Source: Cytophagia bacterium
GTDB taxonomy: Bacteria > Bacteroidota > Bacteroidia > UBA7662
Reading direction: 5' to 3'
Assembly (NCBI GenBank): GCA_009926405.1
Contig: RFOZ01000002.1
Span: forward strand, 1 to 42,840
DNA: 42,840 bases
Shown here: positions 16,837 through 24,640 of the stretch, piece after piece
Position numbering within the stretch: the first letter of the stretch is position 1
How the letters are laid out: each line of letters opens with the position of its first letter
The notes under the pieces: model-generated
Told to the model about the DNA's origin: nothing
Database searches by the model: none
Seen by the model: only the letters and a program-made list of their open reading frames with translations
Translations under genes and position numbers: made by a program

Positions 16837-18456
16837 TTAGACCTGCAGGACCCCCATATTGAACCTTTCGGTGATGGGGGCATGGTTGGCAGCATCCAAC
16901 CCCATCGATAAGGCTTCCCGAGTTTTGACGGGATCAATCAAACCGTCCACCCACAAGCGAGAGGCCGCATAAATTGGCTTTGTCTGCTCGGTGTACCGGG
17001 CTTTGATTTCCTGGAGTCTTGCTTTTTCGGCCTCTGGGTCTTCGGCCAAATCCTGAGATTTGCGGGCACTGTTTTGGATTTGCAAAAGAACCTTGGAAGC
17101 CTGTTCTCCTCCCATGACGGCAATTTCCGCGCTAGGCCAAGCCAAGATCAACCGAGGATCGTAGGCCTTTCCACACATGGCGTAATTGCCTGCTCCGTAG
17201 CTGTGGCCCGTGATCACGGTGAATTTGGGAACCACCGAATTGGCCACGGCATTGACCATCTTGGCCCCGTCTTTGATGATGCCTCCGTGCTCGGAGCGAG
17301 AACCCACCATAAAACCGGTTACATCCTGCAAAAAAATCAAGGGGATTCCACGCTGATTGCAATTGGCGATGAAACGCGTGGCCTTGTCGGCTGAGTCAGA
17401 ATAAATAACGCCTCCAAATTGCATTTCCCCGTGGGCGTTCTTGACCACTTTGCGCTGATTGGCCACAACCCCTACGGCCCAACCATCCAGTCGGGCATAA
17501 CAACAAACAATGCTTTGACCGTAAGTCTCCTTGTAGGGAACGATGCTCCCCTCATCCAACAGGCATTCGAGCAGGCCCATCACATCGTAGGGTCGGCTGT
17601 TCCCGGCCGGAAACCGGTCGTAAAGGGCCTCCGGTGGACTGGCAGGGGCCAATGGAGCAACCCGGTCAAAACCAGCCCATACAGGAGCTGCCAATTGCCC
17701 AACCAATTGCCGTATTCGTTCCAAACAGGCCGCATCGTTGGGCATTTTGTGGTCCGTAACACCGCTTATATCGCAATGCGTATCCGCACCCCCTAGGCGC
17801 TCGTTGTCGACTTCCTCCCCGATGGCCGCCTTGACCAAATAGGAACCCGCCAAAAAGATGCTCCCGTTGCCCTCAACAATCAGGGCTTCATCGGACATGA
17901 TGGGCAGGTAGGCCCCACCCGCAACACAAGAACCCATGACCGCAGCGATCTGGACAATTCCCATGGAAGACATGCGTGCATTGTTACGGAAAACCCGACC
18001 AAAATGCTCTTTATCTGCAAATATTTCGTTCTGCATGGGCAGGTAGATTCCGGCACTGTCCACCAGGTAAACAATGGGCAGACGATTTTCCATGGCAATT
18101 TCCTGGGCTCGCAGGTTTTTTTTGCCGGTGATGGGGAACCAGGCCCCTGCTTTGACCGTGGGATCGTTGGCCACCACCACACAAAGCCTGTTCTGTATTC
18201 TTCCAAGGACCACCACCACCCCACCCGAAGGGCAACCGCCCTCCTCCTCGTATTGACCCCAACCGGCCAAGGCCCCGATCTCCAGGCGAGGGCTTCCGGC
18301 ATCCAACAGGGCGTCCACCCTTTCACGGGCGGACATTTTGCCTTTGGCATGCAATTTGGCCAGGGCCTTGGGACCTCCACCGGCTGCCGCTACTTCTTCC
18401 ATGCGACGGAGGTTATGGAGTAAATCCTCAAAATAGGTGCGGTTCTCAGGGTTCAT
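16837..18456 (-). CDS. Acyl-CoA carboxylase carboxyltransferase (beta) subunit, methylcrotonyl-/propionyl-CoA carboxylase type
   Basis: 539 aa. Motifs 'GKMSARERVDALLD', 'VVANDPTVKAGAW', 'GSCVAGGAYLP', 'VVANQ' and 'PLIFLQDVTGFMVG' are typical of the two-domain crotonase-fold carboxyltransferase. Confidence 0.85.
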   Translation of the reverse strand: MNPENRTYFEDLLHNLRRMEEVAAAGGGPKALAKLHAKGKMSARERVDALLDAGSPRLEIGALAGWGQYEEEGGCPSGGVVVVLGRIQNRLCVVVANDPTVKAGAWFPITGKKNLRAQEIAMENRLPIVYLVDSAGIYLPMQNEIFADKEHFGRVFRNNARMSSMGIVQIAAVMGSCVAGGAYLPIMSDEALIVEGNGSIFLAGSYLVKAAIGEEVDNERLGGADTHCDISGVTDHKMPNDAACLERIRQLVGQLAAPVWAGFDRVAPLAPASPPEALYDRFPAGNSRPYDVMGLLECLLDEGSIVPYKETYGQSIVCCYARLDGWAVGVVANQRKVVKNAHGEMQFGGVIYSDSADKATRFIANCNQRGIPLIFLQDVTGFMVGSRSEHGGIIKDGAKMVNAVANSVVPKFTVITGHSYGAGNYAMCGKAYDPRLILAWPSAEIAVMGGEQASKVLLQIQNSARKSQDLAEDPEAEKARLQEIKARYTEQTKPIYAASRLWVDGLIDPVKTREALSMGLDAANHAPITERFNMGVLQV

Positions 18457-18506
18457 ACAAGAGGGGGTGCAAAGGGTCTAGAAGAGTTGGTCCAATCGGT
18501 ACCGTC

Positions 18507-18514
18507 CAAATTTA
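18507..18514 (-). promoter_or_regulatory. Candidate -7 box for the carboxyltransferase gene
   Basis: The minus strand reads TAAATTTG, 50 nt upstream of the ATG at 18456. Confidence 0.4.
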
Positions 18515-18535
18515 GGCAAGACCGCCCGCATCCCC

Positions 18536-18543
18536 TATCTTTG
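18536..18543 (+). promoter_or_regulatory. Candidate -7 box for the transaldolase/FSA gene leader
   Basis: TATCTTTG (TAnnTTTG) lies 119 nt upstream of the ATG at 18663, back-to-back with the divergent box at 18507-18514. Confidence 0.4.
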
Positions 18544-18603
18544 TGTCGAGGGTAAGTCTTGTACGACCAGCTCCTGCTTAATCCCCCAGGGTAGGAATGC
18601 AGC

Positions 18604-18653
18604 AAGGGTAGGCGGTTGTAGCGGTGCGATGCAAGTAGCTTACCCTTTTTTTT
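18604..18653 (+). terminator. Terminator-like hairpin plus T8 inside the 5' leader of the transaldolase/FSA gene
   Basis: 10-bp outer stem 18604-18613 (AAGGGTAGGC) with 18638-18647 (GCTTACCCTT), including one G-U pair. A possible inner 5-bp helix (18616-18620 / 18630-18634) follows. The T8 run at 18646-18653 ends 9 nt before the start codon. Confidence 0.35.
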
Positions 18654-18662
18654 ATTTCTACT

Positions 18663-19319
18663 ATGGAATTTTTTGTCGATACCGCAAACCTTGAACAAAT
18701 CCGCAAAGCCATGGACCTGGGGGTCCTGGATGGCGTTACCACCAACCCCAGCTTGATGGCGAAGGAAGGCATTCGGGGCAACGATGCAGTCATGGAACAT
18801 TACCTCAACATTGCCAAGATGGTGGGGCAAAATGTCAGCGCCGAAGTTATTGCGACCGATTACGAGGGCATGATCCGTGAAGGCCAGACCCTCGCCGCTT
18901 TGCACCCTGCGATCGTGGTCAAAGTCCCGATGACACGGGACGGGATCAGGGCGATTCACACCTTCCATAAAGAAGGCATTCGCACCAATTGTACGTTGGT
19001 GTTTAGTGCAGGACAGGCCCTTTTGGCGGCCAAAGCCGGTGCAACTTACCTGTCCCCTTTTATTGGTCGTTTGGACGATCTCAACATGGACGGGTTGGAG
19101 CTGATTGCCCAAATCGTTCAAATCTATCGAACCCAAGGTTTTACGACCAAAATCCTCGCAGCCTCCATTCGAAGCAGTCTGCACATTGTCCGTTGCGCTG
19201 AAGCCGGTGCCGATGTTGTTACATGCCCCCTTTCAGCGATGGAAGGCCTGTTTTACCATCCCTTGACGGACAAAGGCTTGGCCCAGTTTCTGGAGGACCA
19301 TGCCCGTAACAACGCCTGA
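18663..19319 (+). CDS. Transaldolase type 3B / fructose-6-phosphate aldolase family protein
   Basis: 218 aa. 'MEFFVDTANLEQIRKAMDLGVLDGVTTNPSL', Schiff-base Lys context 'VVKVPMT', and 'GATYLSPFIGRLDD' closely resemble Bacillus/E. coli short Tal/FSA proteins. Confidence 0.88.
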   Translation: MEFFVDTANLEQIRKAMDLGVLDGVTTNPSLMAKEGIRGNDAVMEHYLNIAKMVGQNVSAEVIATDYEGMIREGQTLAALHPAIVVKVPMTRDGIRAIHTFHKEGIRTNCTLVFSAGQALLAAKAGATYLSPFIGRLDDLNMDGLELIAQIVQIYRTQGFTTKILAASIRSSLHIVRCAEAGADVVTCPLSAMEGLFYHPLTDKGLAQFLEDHARNNA

Positions 19320-19327
19320 ATAAGCGC

Positions 19328-20473
19328 TTATTCCCCCAGGACGGCCTCTGCAAAAGGACGCCAGGCGTAAAGGCTTGCCATTTTTTGGACGGCCTCACGG
19401 TATGAACTGCGGTCCGGGTTGGAGCAAATTCGTTGAAGAGCCGCTGCCAAATCCCCCACCTCGGGATGGCACAATTCACCCACCCCTCGGCCTTCCAATT
19501 CTTCGGCCAACCCTCCGACTTTGGTCACAACCATGGGAACTCCAAAATGCAAAGCTGCTTGGGTAACACCGCTTTGGGTGGCGTGACGATACGGAAGGAC
19601 CAAGGCCTCGGCCGCCCCGAAATAGGCTGAAACCCTGTGATCCGGAACAAAGGCAGGATGCAAAATGACCCGATCCTGAAGCCCAAGTTCTTCCAAGAGA
19701 AGGCGGTATGGCTCCATGGGCTCGTAGAATTCCCCTGCAACAATTAAGGACCAAGCACGCCCTTCAGCCTGGTTCCACAACGGAAATTCAGGGCTGGCCA
19801 AGGCCCTGAAAAGGAGGTCCAGGCCTTTGTAAGGGCGTATCAATCCAAAAAATAAAAGGTACAATCGTTCCGACGGCAAACCCAACGCTTGGCAAGCCGA
19901 TAAACGGTCCATCGATGGGCCAAAATGATCGTAAACGGGGTGGTGCAAAACCTGAACCGGTCCCTTGAAGCCCAAAGCCCGGGCCTCCCCGGCGACCGAA
20001 TGTGAAAGGGTTAGCACTTTATCCACGGCTCCCAAAACCCAACGATTGAGAGGGCTCGTCACAGGAATTTTTTCGTGGGGCTTCAGGTTGTCCGCCAAGA
20101 GGATCACCGGGGCCCTTAGCCCGGTATACCTTGCGATTCGGGTCAAGAAACCCAAGGCTGGAGCCATCCAAGGTGTCCAATACCGAAGGAGAACCAAGTC
20201 CGGATTTTGGGCTGCTAGCCAACGACCCGAACGCCACCAGCTGATGGGCCCTACCGAATGAAGCAAGCGATGCGAAACCAGGTGGGCCGGTGCCGACTCG
20301 TCCGTAAACTGGGTGGTCCCCGGAAACAACCAAGATGGGTATTGAACCTTGTAATTCAAAACGGTGACCCGGTGCCCCATGGACTGCCATTCTTGAACCA
20401 GCCTTTGGTTGAAGCTGGTCATGCCCCCGGGTCGAAAGGGCCAAACCGGACCGACCAGGACGATATGCTTCAA
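19328..20473 (-). CDS. Glycosyltransferase family 4 (GT-B fold)
   Basis: N-terminal 'MKHIVLVGPVWPFRPGGM' and C-terminal '...LVLPYRHATQSGVTQAALHFGVPMVVTKVGGLAEEL', an EX7E-type region. The start is TTG and overlaps the upstream stop (TTGA). Confidence 0.75.
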   Translation of the reverse strand: MKHIVLVGPVWPFRPGGMTSFNQRLVQEWQSMGHRVTVLNYKVQYPSWLFPGTTQFTDESAPAHLVSHRLLHSVGPISWWRSGRWLAAQNPDLVLLRYWTPWMAPALGFLTRIARYTGLRAPVILLADNLKPHEKIPVTSPLNRWVLGAVDKVLTLSHSVAGEARALGFKGPVQVLHHPVYDHFGPSMDRLSACQALGLPSERLYLLFFGLIRPYKGLDLLFRALASPEFPLWNQAEGRAWSLIVAGEFYEPMEPYRLLLEELGLQDRVILHPAFVPDHRVSAYFGAAEALVLPYRHATQSGVTQAALHFGVPMVVTKVGGLAEELEGRGVGELCHPEVGDLAAALQRICSNPDRSSYREAVQKMASLYAWRPFAEAVLGE

Positions 20474-21423
20474 TCCAGAACGGCTTGGACCAGGTAACGG
20501 TTGCGGTCGGGGTTGTTGCGGGCCACCAATTCAGCCAAAAATCCCGTACAAAACAAGAGCGCACCCAACAAAACCAAGGTCAAGGACAAATAAAACAAGG
20601 GCTGATCGGTCACATCCCGGTGCGGACTGCCCACCGAGATGAGGTAGAGTTTTCGAACGATTAACCAAACCGTGGAAACTGCACCCATAACAAAGGCCAA
20701 ACTCCCCATGGTACCAAAAAAGTGCATAGGCTTGCGCCTGAATTTGGAAATAAAATAAATGGACAAGAGATCGAGAAACCCATTTACAAATCGTTCCAGA
20801 CCAAATTTGGTGTGCCCGTATTTGCGGGGACGGTGCTGAACAACTTGCTCCTCAATTTTTTTGAACCCAGACCACTGGGCAATCACCGGGATGTAGCGGT
20901 GCATTTCCCCGTACACTTCGATGCTTTGAACCACTTGGAGGCGATACGCCTTGAGGCCGCAATTAAAATCATGGAGGTTTCGTACACCGGACAAACGCCG
21001 GGTCGCTGCATTAAACAATTTGGTGGGAAGGGTCTTGGATAGAGGATCGTATCGCTTTTTCTTCCAACCGGACAAAAGATCCAAGCCTTCATCGTGCATC
21101 CGCTTGAGCATGCCGGGTATTTCATCGGGAGAATCTTGCAAATCAGCATCCATGGTGAATACAACCCGTCCCTTCACCCGCTCAAAGCCCGTGTGCAATG
21201 CAGCTGATTTACCGTAATTACGCTGAAAGCGAATACCTTTAACTCTTTGATTTTCAATACGAAGTGCCTCTATAACTTCCCAACTTTCGTCGGTACTTCC
21301 ATCGTCAATATACCATATTTCGTAATCCAGCGCTTCCCCTTCAAGGACCGATACCAGCCACTTATTCAGTTCAGGCAGGGATTCGGCCTCGTTGAGTAAA
21401 GGAATAACAATAGAAACATCCAT
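20470..21423 (-). CDS. Glycosyltransferase family 2, polyprenyl-phosphate sugar transferase type (GtrB/ArnC/DPM1-like) with two C-terminal TM helices
   Basis: 'VSIVIPLLNEAESLPEL', 'DDGSTDES' and 'MDADLQDSP' (DXD), plus two C-terminal hydrophobic helices. I place the start at ATG 21423 (MDVSIV...); the ORF-track start at 21432 is a TTG three codons upstream. Confidence 0.85.
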   Translation of the reverse strand: MDVSIVIPLLNEAESLPELNKWLVSVLEGEALDYEIWYIDDGSTDESWEVIEALRIENQRVKGIRFQRNYGKSAALHTGFERVKGRVVFTMDADLQDSPDEIPGMLKRMHDEGLDLLSGWKKKRYDPLSKTLPTKLFNAATRRLSGVRNLHDFNCGLKAYRLQVVQSIEVYGEMHRYIPVIAQWSGFKKIEEQVVQHRPRKYGHTKFGLERFVNGFLDLLSIYFISKFRRKPMHFFGTMGSLAFVMGAVSTVWLIVRKLYLISVGSPHRDVTDQPLFYLSLTLVLLGALLFCTGFLAELVARNNPDRNRYLVQAVLD

Positions 21424-21428
21424 ACGGT

Positions 21429-21980
21429 TCAACTTGGAAGGGTTTCGGTTGGGTTCGAACCAAAGGGGTCTTCTTTGCGACGAACAAAAAGACCCACAAT
21501 CAAAGCAAAAAAGGTGTTCATCAAACCCGACAACAAAAAGGCTGAACCCAAGGATCGAAAATCTTGTTTGAAACTACGCTTTTCGAAGGATTCCATGGCC
21601 TTGGCGGAGTCCTCCTCGCTCATCCCAAACGATTCAAAACTTTCTTCCATTTTGATCACCATAATTTCTTTGACGCGCTCGTGTAAATTCGGGTCCACCA
21701 CATTGTACAATACACCTGTAAAAACAACGCCTAACAAACTACCCACCAAACCCGTCATCAGAGCCTGAACCACAGCGCGTCCGTAAGAATAGCCCCCTAC
21801 AAAACCTTTGCGGTCTTCGATACAAGCCATCAACATGGCTGCAAAAACCAAAGCGATCGAAATCAAGGAATTCCATCCGGAAACCATCCAAGTCAAATCA
21901 ATCATGTAGGCCAACAGCATGGATAGGATGCTGACAAGGCCCAGCAAGATGCCAAAACGAAAAACCACAGCTTGATTCAT
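21429..21980 (-). CDS. DUF4199-like small integral membrane protein
   Basis: Four predicted TM helices with a central charged amphipathic segment. Its position next to the GT2 gene is a common Bacteroidota arrangement. The start is taken at ATG 21980 (MNQAVVFRF...) to avoid overlapping the upstream gene. Confidence 0.5.
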   Translation of the reverse strand: MNQAVVFRFGILLGLVSILSMLLAYMIDLTWMVSGWNSLISIALVFAAMLMACIEDRKGFVGGYSYGRAVVQALMTGLVGSLLGVVFTGVLYNVVDPNLHERVKEIMVIKMEESFESFGMSEEDSAKAMESFEKRSFKQDFRSLGSAFLLSGLMNTFFALIVGLFVRRKEDPFGSNPTETLPS

Positions 21981-21990
21981 AAATAATTGG

Positions 21991-22494
21991 TTAGTGCGAT
22001 GTACGAAAATAAACGGCAACCCAGCCCCCTGCCAACAAATGCCAAACCCAACGAAAAAAAGTCAACCGGATGGCCAGGCTAGCCGGGGTTTGATTCTTGA
22101 TTTGATCCTGAAGCTGTGAGAGCGTTCCTGACGAATAATTGGTTTCGAGCAAGCCGGATGCCATCCCCAAATTGCGCATCTGATCGGATAAATAATCGTT
22201 CCAAAATTCTGGACTCAAGGTTCCAAGCAACCAAACCACCAACCCAAAAGAGAGGGCAGCCACCAATCCGGACCCTGCGCTAAAAAGAAGGCCGTGGGTC
22301 ACTTTGAGATCGCCAGCCTGAACCTTGTACTTAAGGTCCCGAATTCCTAAAACCAACCAAAACAGGGTCACCACCCCCAAGAGCAATCGAAATTGTCCCA
22401 GGGGATGAACGGGCGAAAAAAAGTAAACCGCTCCCGATACCAGAACAGCGGTGAGGGTATTGCCCAGTCCATTGCGTAGGATGAGACGCTTCAT
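21991..22494 (-). CDS. Second DUF4199-like integral membrane protein (tandem paralogue)
   Basis: 167 aa with the same layout: two TM helices, a soluble helical insert ('EFWNDYLSDQMRNLG...LSQLQDQIKNQ'), then further TM helices. Confidence 0.4.
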   Translation of the reverse strand: MKRLILRNGLGNTLTAVLVSGAVYFFSPVHPLGQFRLLLGVVTLFWLVLGIRDLKYKVQAGDLKVTHGLLFSAGSGLVAALSFGLVVWLLGTLSPEFWNDYLSDQMRNLGMASGLLETNYSSGTLSQLQDQIKNQTPASLAIRLTFFRWVWHLLAGGWVAVYFRTSH

Positions 22495-22495
22495 A

Positions 22496-23293
22496 TCAAA
22501 ACTTGGACCAATTGGGGTTCAAATCGGCCAATCGCTGGAGGTTGGGGGTCGAAGCGTCCAAAGCATAAGCCTGGGTACAGGCAAGCAACGGTAAAAAATC
22601 AGACAAATCCTCCGAAGAACGCCACGCCTCGTTTAGCCAAGCTTGGTCGGTTGAATCCTGACGTAGAAAAACAAACAATCCCGTGAATACAGGCTCAATC
22701 GCGGATTCAGGAGCCATGGCCCTGCATTCGGCTAACATCTCCGACCAAGGTTCATGAACGAGGTCTCTGGAGGCAAGGACCTCTTCGTAGGCCATCAAAT
22801 GTTCTTGGTCTTCCAATTCCGGACTCACCACAAAGGAGTCGACAAAATCATCCATGGTGGGGGCGATGCCCTCCTCCCTGCATTCGTCCACATAATGGAG
22901 CAGGTGCAAAAGATCCGTACCCAATCCAGTGCAGGCATTCTCGAATCGATCCCAGGCCGCCTCGTCCCAGTTTTGTTCAGCACCTTCGTCGCTTAGTAGG
23001 GATAAAATATACAAATCAACCAAAAAAGCTTCGGAAGGTCCTGCCAACCATGAGGAGGCGCTGGTGTCTGCGATGTAAGCCTGTATTTTGGCAAGGTCCT
23101 CTACGGCTCTATTCAAACCGGAAGCGCTTGGCAGGACCAATTCCTGAATTCGCTGAAGACGTTCCTTCCAAACCGAATCCGGTGAAAGGTCTCTGAGACC
23201 TTCAACGGCTTGACCTTCACGATGCAGATGGCAAAGCCAACAGCCCAGCACCAATCCTCGAAGAGCCGCTTCGACAGCCGTATTTGATTTCAT
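22496..23293 (-). CDS. Hypothetical acidic cytoplasmic protein, no recognisable domain
   Basis: The open frame is tightly packed between neighbours (1-nt and 9-nt gaps). It is Asp/Glu/Leu-rich with no TM helix or signal peptide. The start is taken at ATG 23293; the ORF-track start at 23302 is a TTG. Confidence 0.5.
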   Translation of the reverse strand: MKSNTAVEAALRGLVLGCWLCHLHREGQAVEGLRDLSPDSVWKERLQRIQELVLPSASGLNRAVEDLAKIQAYIADTSASSWLAGPSEAFLVDLYILSLLSDEGAEQNWDEAAWDRFENACTGLGTDLLHLLHYVDECREEGIAPTMDDFVDSFVVSPELEDQEHLMAYEEVLASRDLVHEPWSEMLAECRAMAPESAIEPVFTGLFVFLRQDSTDQAWLNEAWRSSEDLSDFLPLLACTQAYALDASTPNLQRLADLNPNWSKF

Positions 23294-23302
23294 CCTTGTC
23301 AA

Positions 23303-24640
23303 TTAAAGTTCTGGCGCGACCATGGTTCGCCCGCGGCCGATGACCGCTAGCAAGGTCCCCTTGAACGGCGTGTTATGATAGGCTTGAGCCACCCCTCTGC
23401 TATAAAGAGGGGCGGAAGGGGCTTTGGACGAACCCGATGTTCCATACCCAGGATCAAAGACCACCCAACCGTTGGGTTGCCCTCGATCCATCGCGTCCAA
23501 AACCTGATGATGGATGCCCAGAACACGCTCCGGACCGTCGGTCAAGGCTTGTACAAGGCGGGATATCCAGCGTGATCGAAGGCGGGGGTTCAACTCGTAT
23601 CCGGCTTCAAGGGCGGCCAAAAATGCGTGCTGAATTCCGGCCTGTCCAAAGGCAGCTGCCGGGAATTCCACGTCTTTGGATTCGCTATCACCAGGCTGAT
23701 GATCTGAACAAACCACGGTAATGGTTCCGTCCAAGACACCTTGCATGAGGGCCAAGCGGTCGTTGGAACTGCGCAAGGGGGGATAGACTTTGAACGCCGT
23801 CCGAAAACCTTCGACATCGTCTTGGGTGGAGGCCAGGTGATGGGCTGCCACCCCACAAGACAAACGCTGACCCTGAGCCAAGGCTTGACGCACCCTTTCC
23901 ACCGATTCAGCACAGGAAATTTTGGAAAAATGGAGGTGTGCAGGACTTTTGAGGTAACGCAACAACGCAAGATCCCGGTCGATCGCCATGGTCTCGGCCA
24001 CGTCCGGCCATCCCGTCAAGCCCCATTGAACCGACAGCATGCTCTCGTGAACCTGGGCTCCGCGACCCAAGGCGGGTTCGCAGGGTACAACCATCAACGG
24101 CAAGGCTGTCATTCCTCCGTATTGCAAAAGGCGCAACATGGTCCCTGCATCGGGAACGGCCGCATTGGCGTTCGAAAAGGCCGAAGCGCCGTGGTGCTGC
24201 AAATCCAGCATATCGCTGCAGGCATCCCCGGCCAAACCTTCGGTCAAAGCCGCGGCAATACGGACCTCGACCGGTAAACCGGCGGCCTGATATAGCAAGG
24301 CGCTTATTTCGCCCCCGCTTTGGAGAACGGGTTGGGTATCGGGTTGTAGCAAAACCCGGGTAAAGCCGCCGGCCAAAGCTGCAAGGCTACCGCTTTCCAG
24401 GGTTTCACGGTTTTCAAAACCGGGCGTCCCAAAATGCGCATAGAGATCCGTAAATCCCCTGGATAAATGCAAGTCCTTGGACTTAATTACCTTGGCTCCG
24501 GATGTTTTGAGGCCGGTTCCCACCTTGGTGAGGACACCTTCCTCGATTAAAAAATCGGCTCGCTCCCCCTTCGGGGCTTTGGACCGCAGGTGACCGGGCA
24601 GAGGGCCGTGGAAACGGGCTTGTTGAAGGAGTATTTTCAT
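23303..24640 (-). CDS. Dihydroorotase-like amidohydrolase with degenerate metal-binding motifs
   Basis: DHOase-like blocks 'GFTDLYAHFGTPGFENRETLESGSLAALAGGFT', 'AAHHL', 'YPPLRSSNDRLAL..GVLDGTITVVCSDHQP'. The start at ATG 24640 overlaps the upstream TGA (ATGA); the longer ORF-track N-terminus would overlap the upstream gene by 109 nt. Confidence 0.7.
   Translation of the reverse strand: MKILLQQARFHGPLPGHLRSKAPKGERADFLIEEGVLTKVGTGLKTSGAKVIKSKDLHLSRGFTDLYAHFGTPGFENRETLESGSLAALAGGFTRVLLQPDTQPVLQSGGEISALLYQAAGLPVEVRIAAALTEGLAGDACSDMLDLQHHGASAFSNANAAVPDAGTMLRLLQYGGMTALPLMVVPCEPALGRGAQVHESMLSVQWGLTGWPDVAETMAIDRDLALLRYLKSPAHLHFSKISCAESVERVRQALAQGQRLSCGVAAHHLASTQDDVEGFRTAFKVYPPLRSSNDRLALMQGVLDGTITVVCSDHQPGDSESKDVEFPAAAFGQAGIQHAFLAALEAGYELNPRLRSRWISRLVQALTDGPERVLGIHHQVLDAMDRGQPNGWVVFDPGYGTSGSSKAPSAPLYSRGVAQAYHNTPFKGTLLAVIGRGRTMVAPEL

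Noticed and set aside
18453-19184. A 243-aa minus-strand ORF.
   Set aside because: It lies antisense to the clearly recognisable transaldolase/FSA gene and has an odd composition (His/Arg/Gly-rich). It is a shadow ORF.
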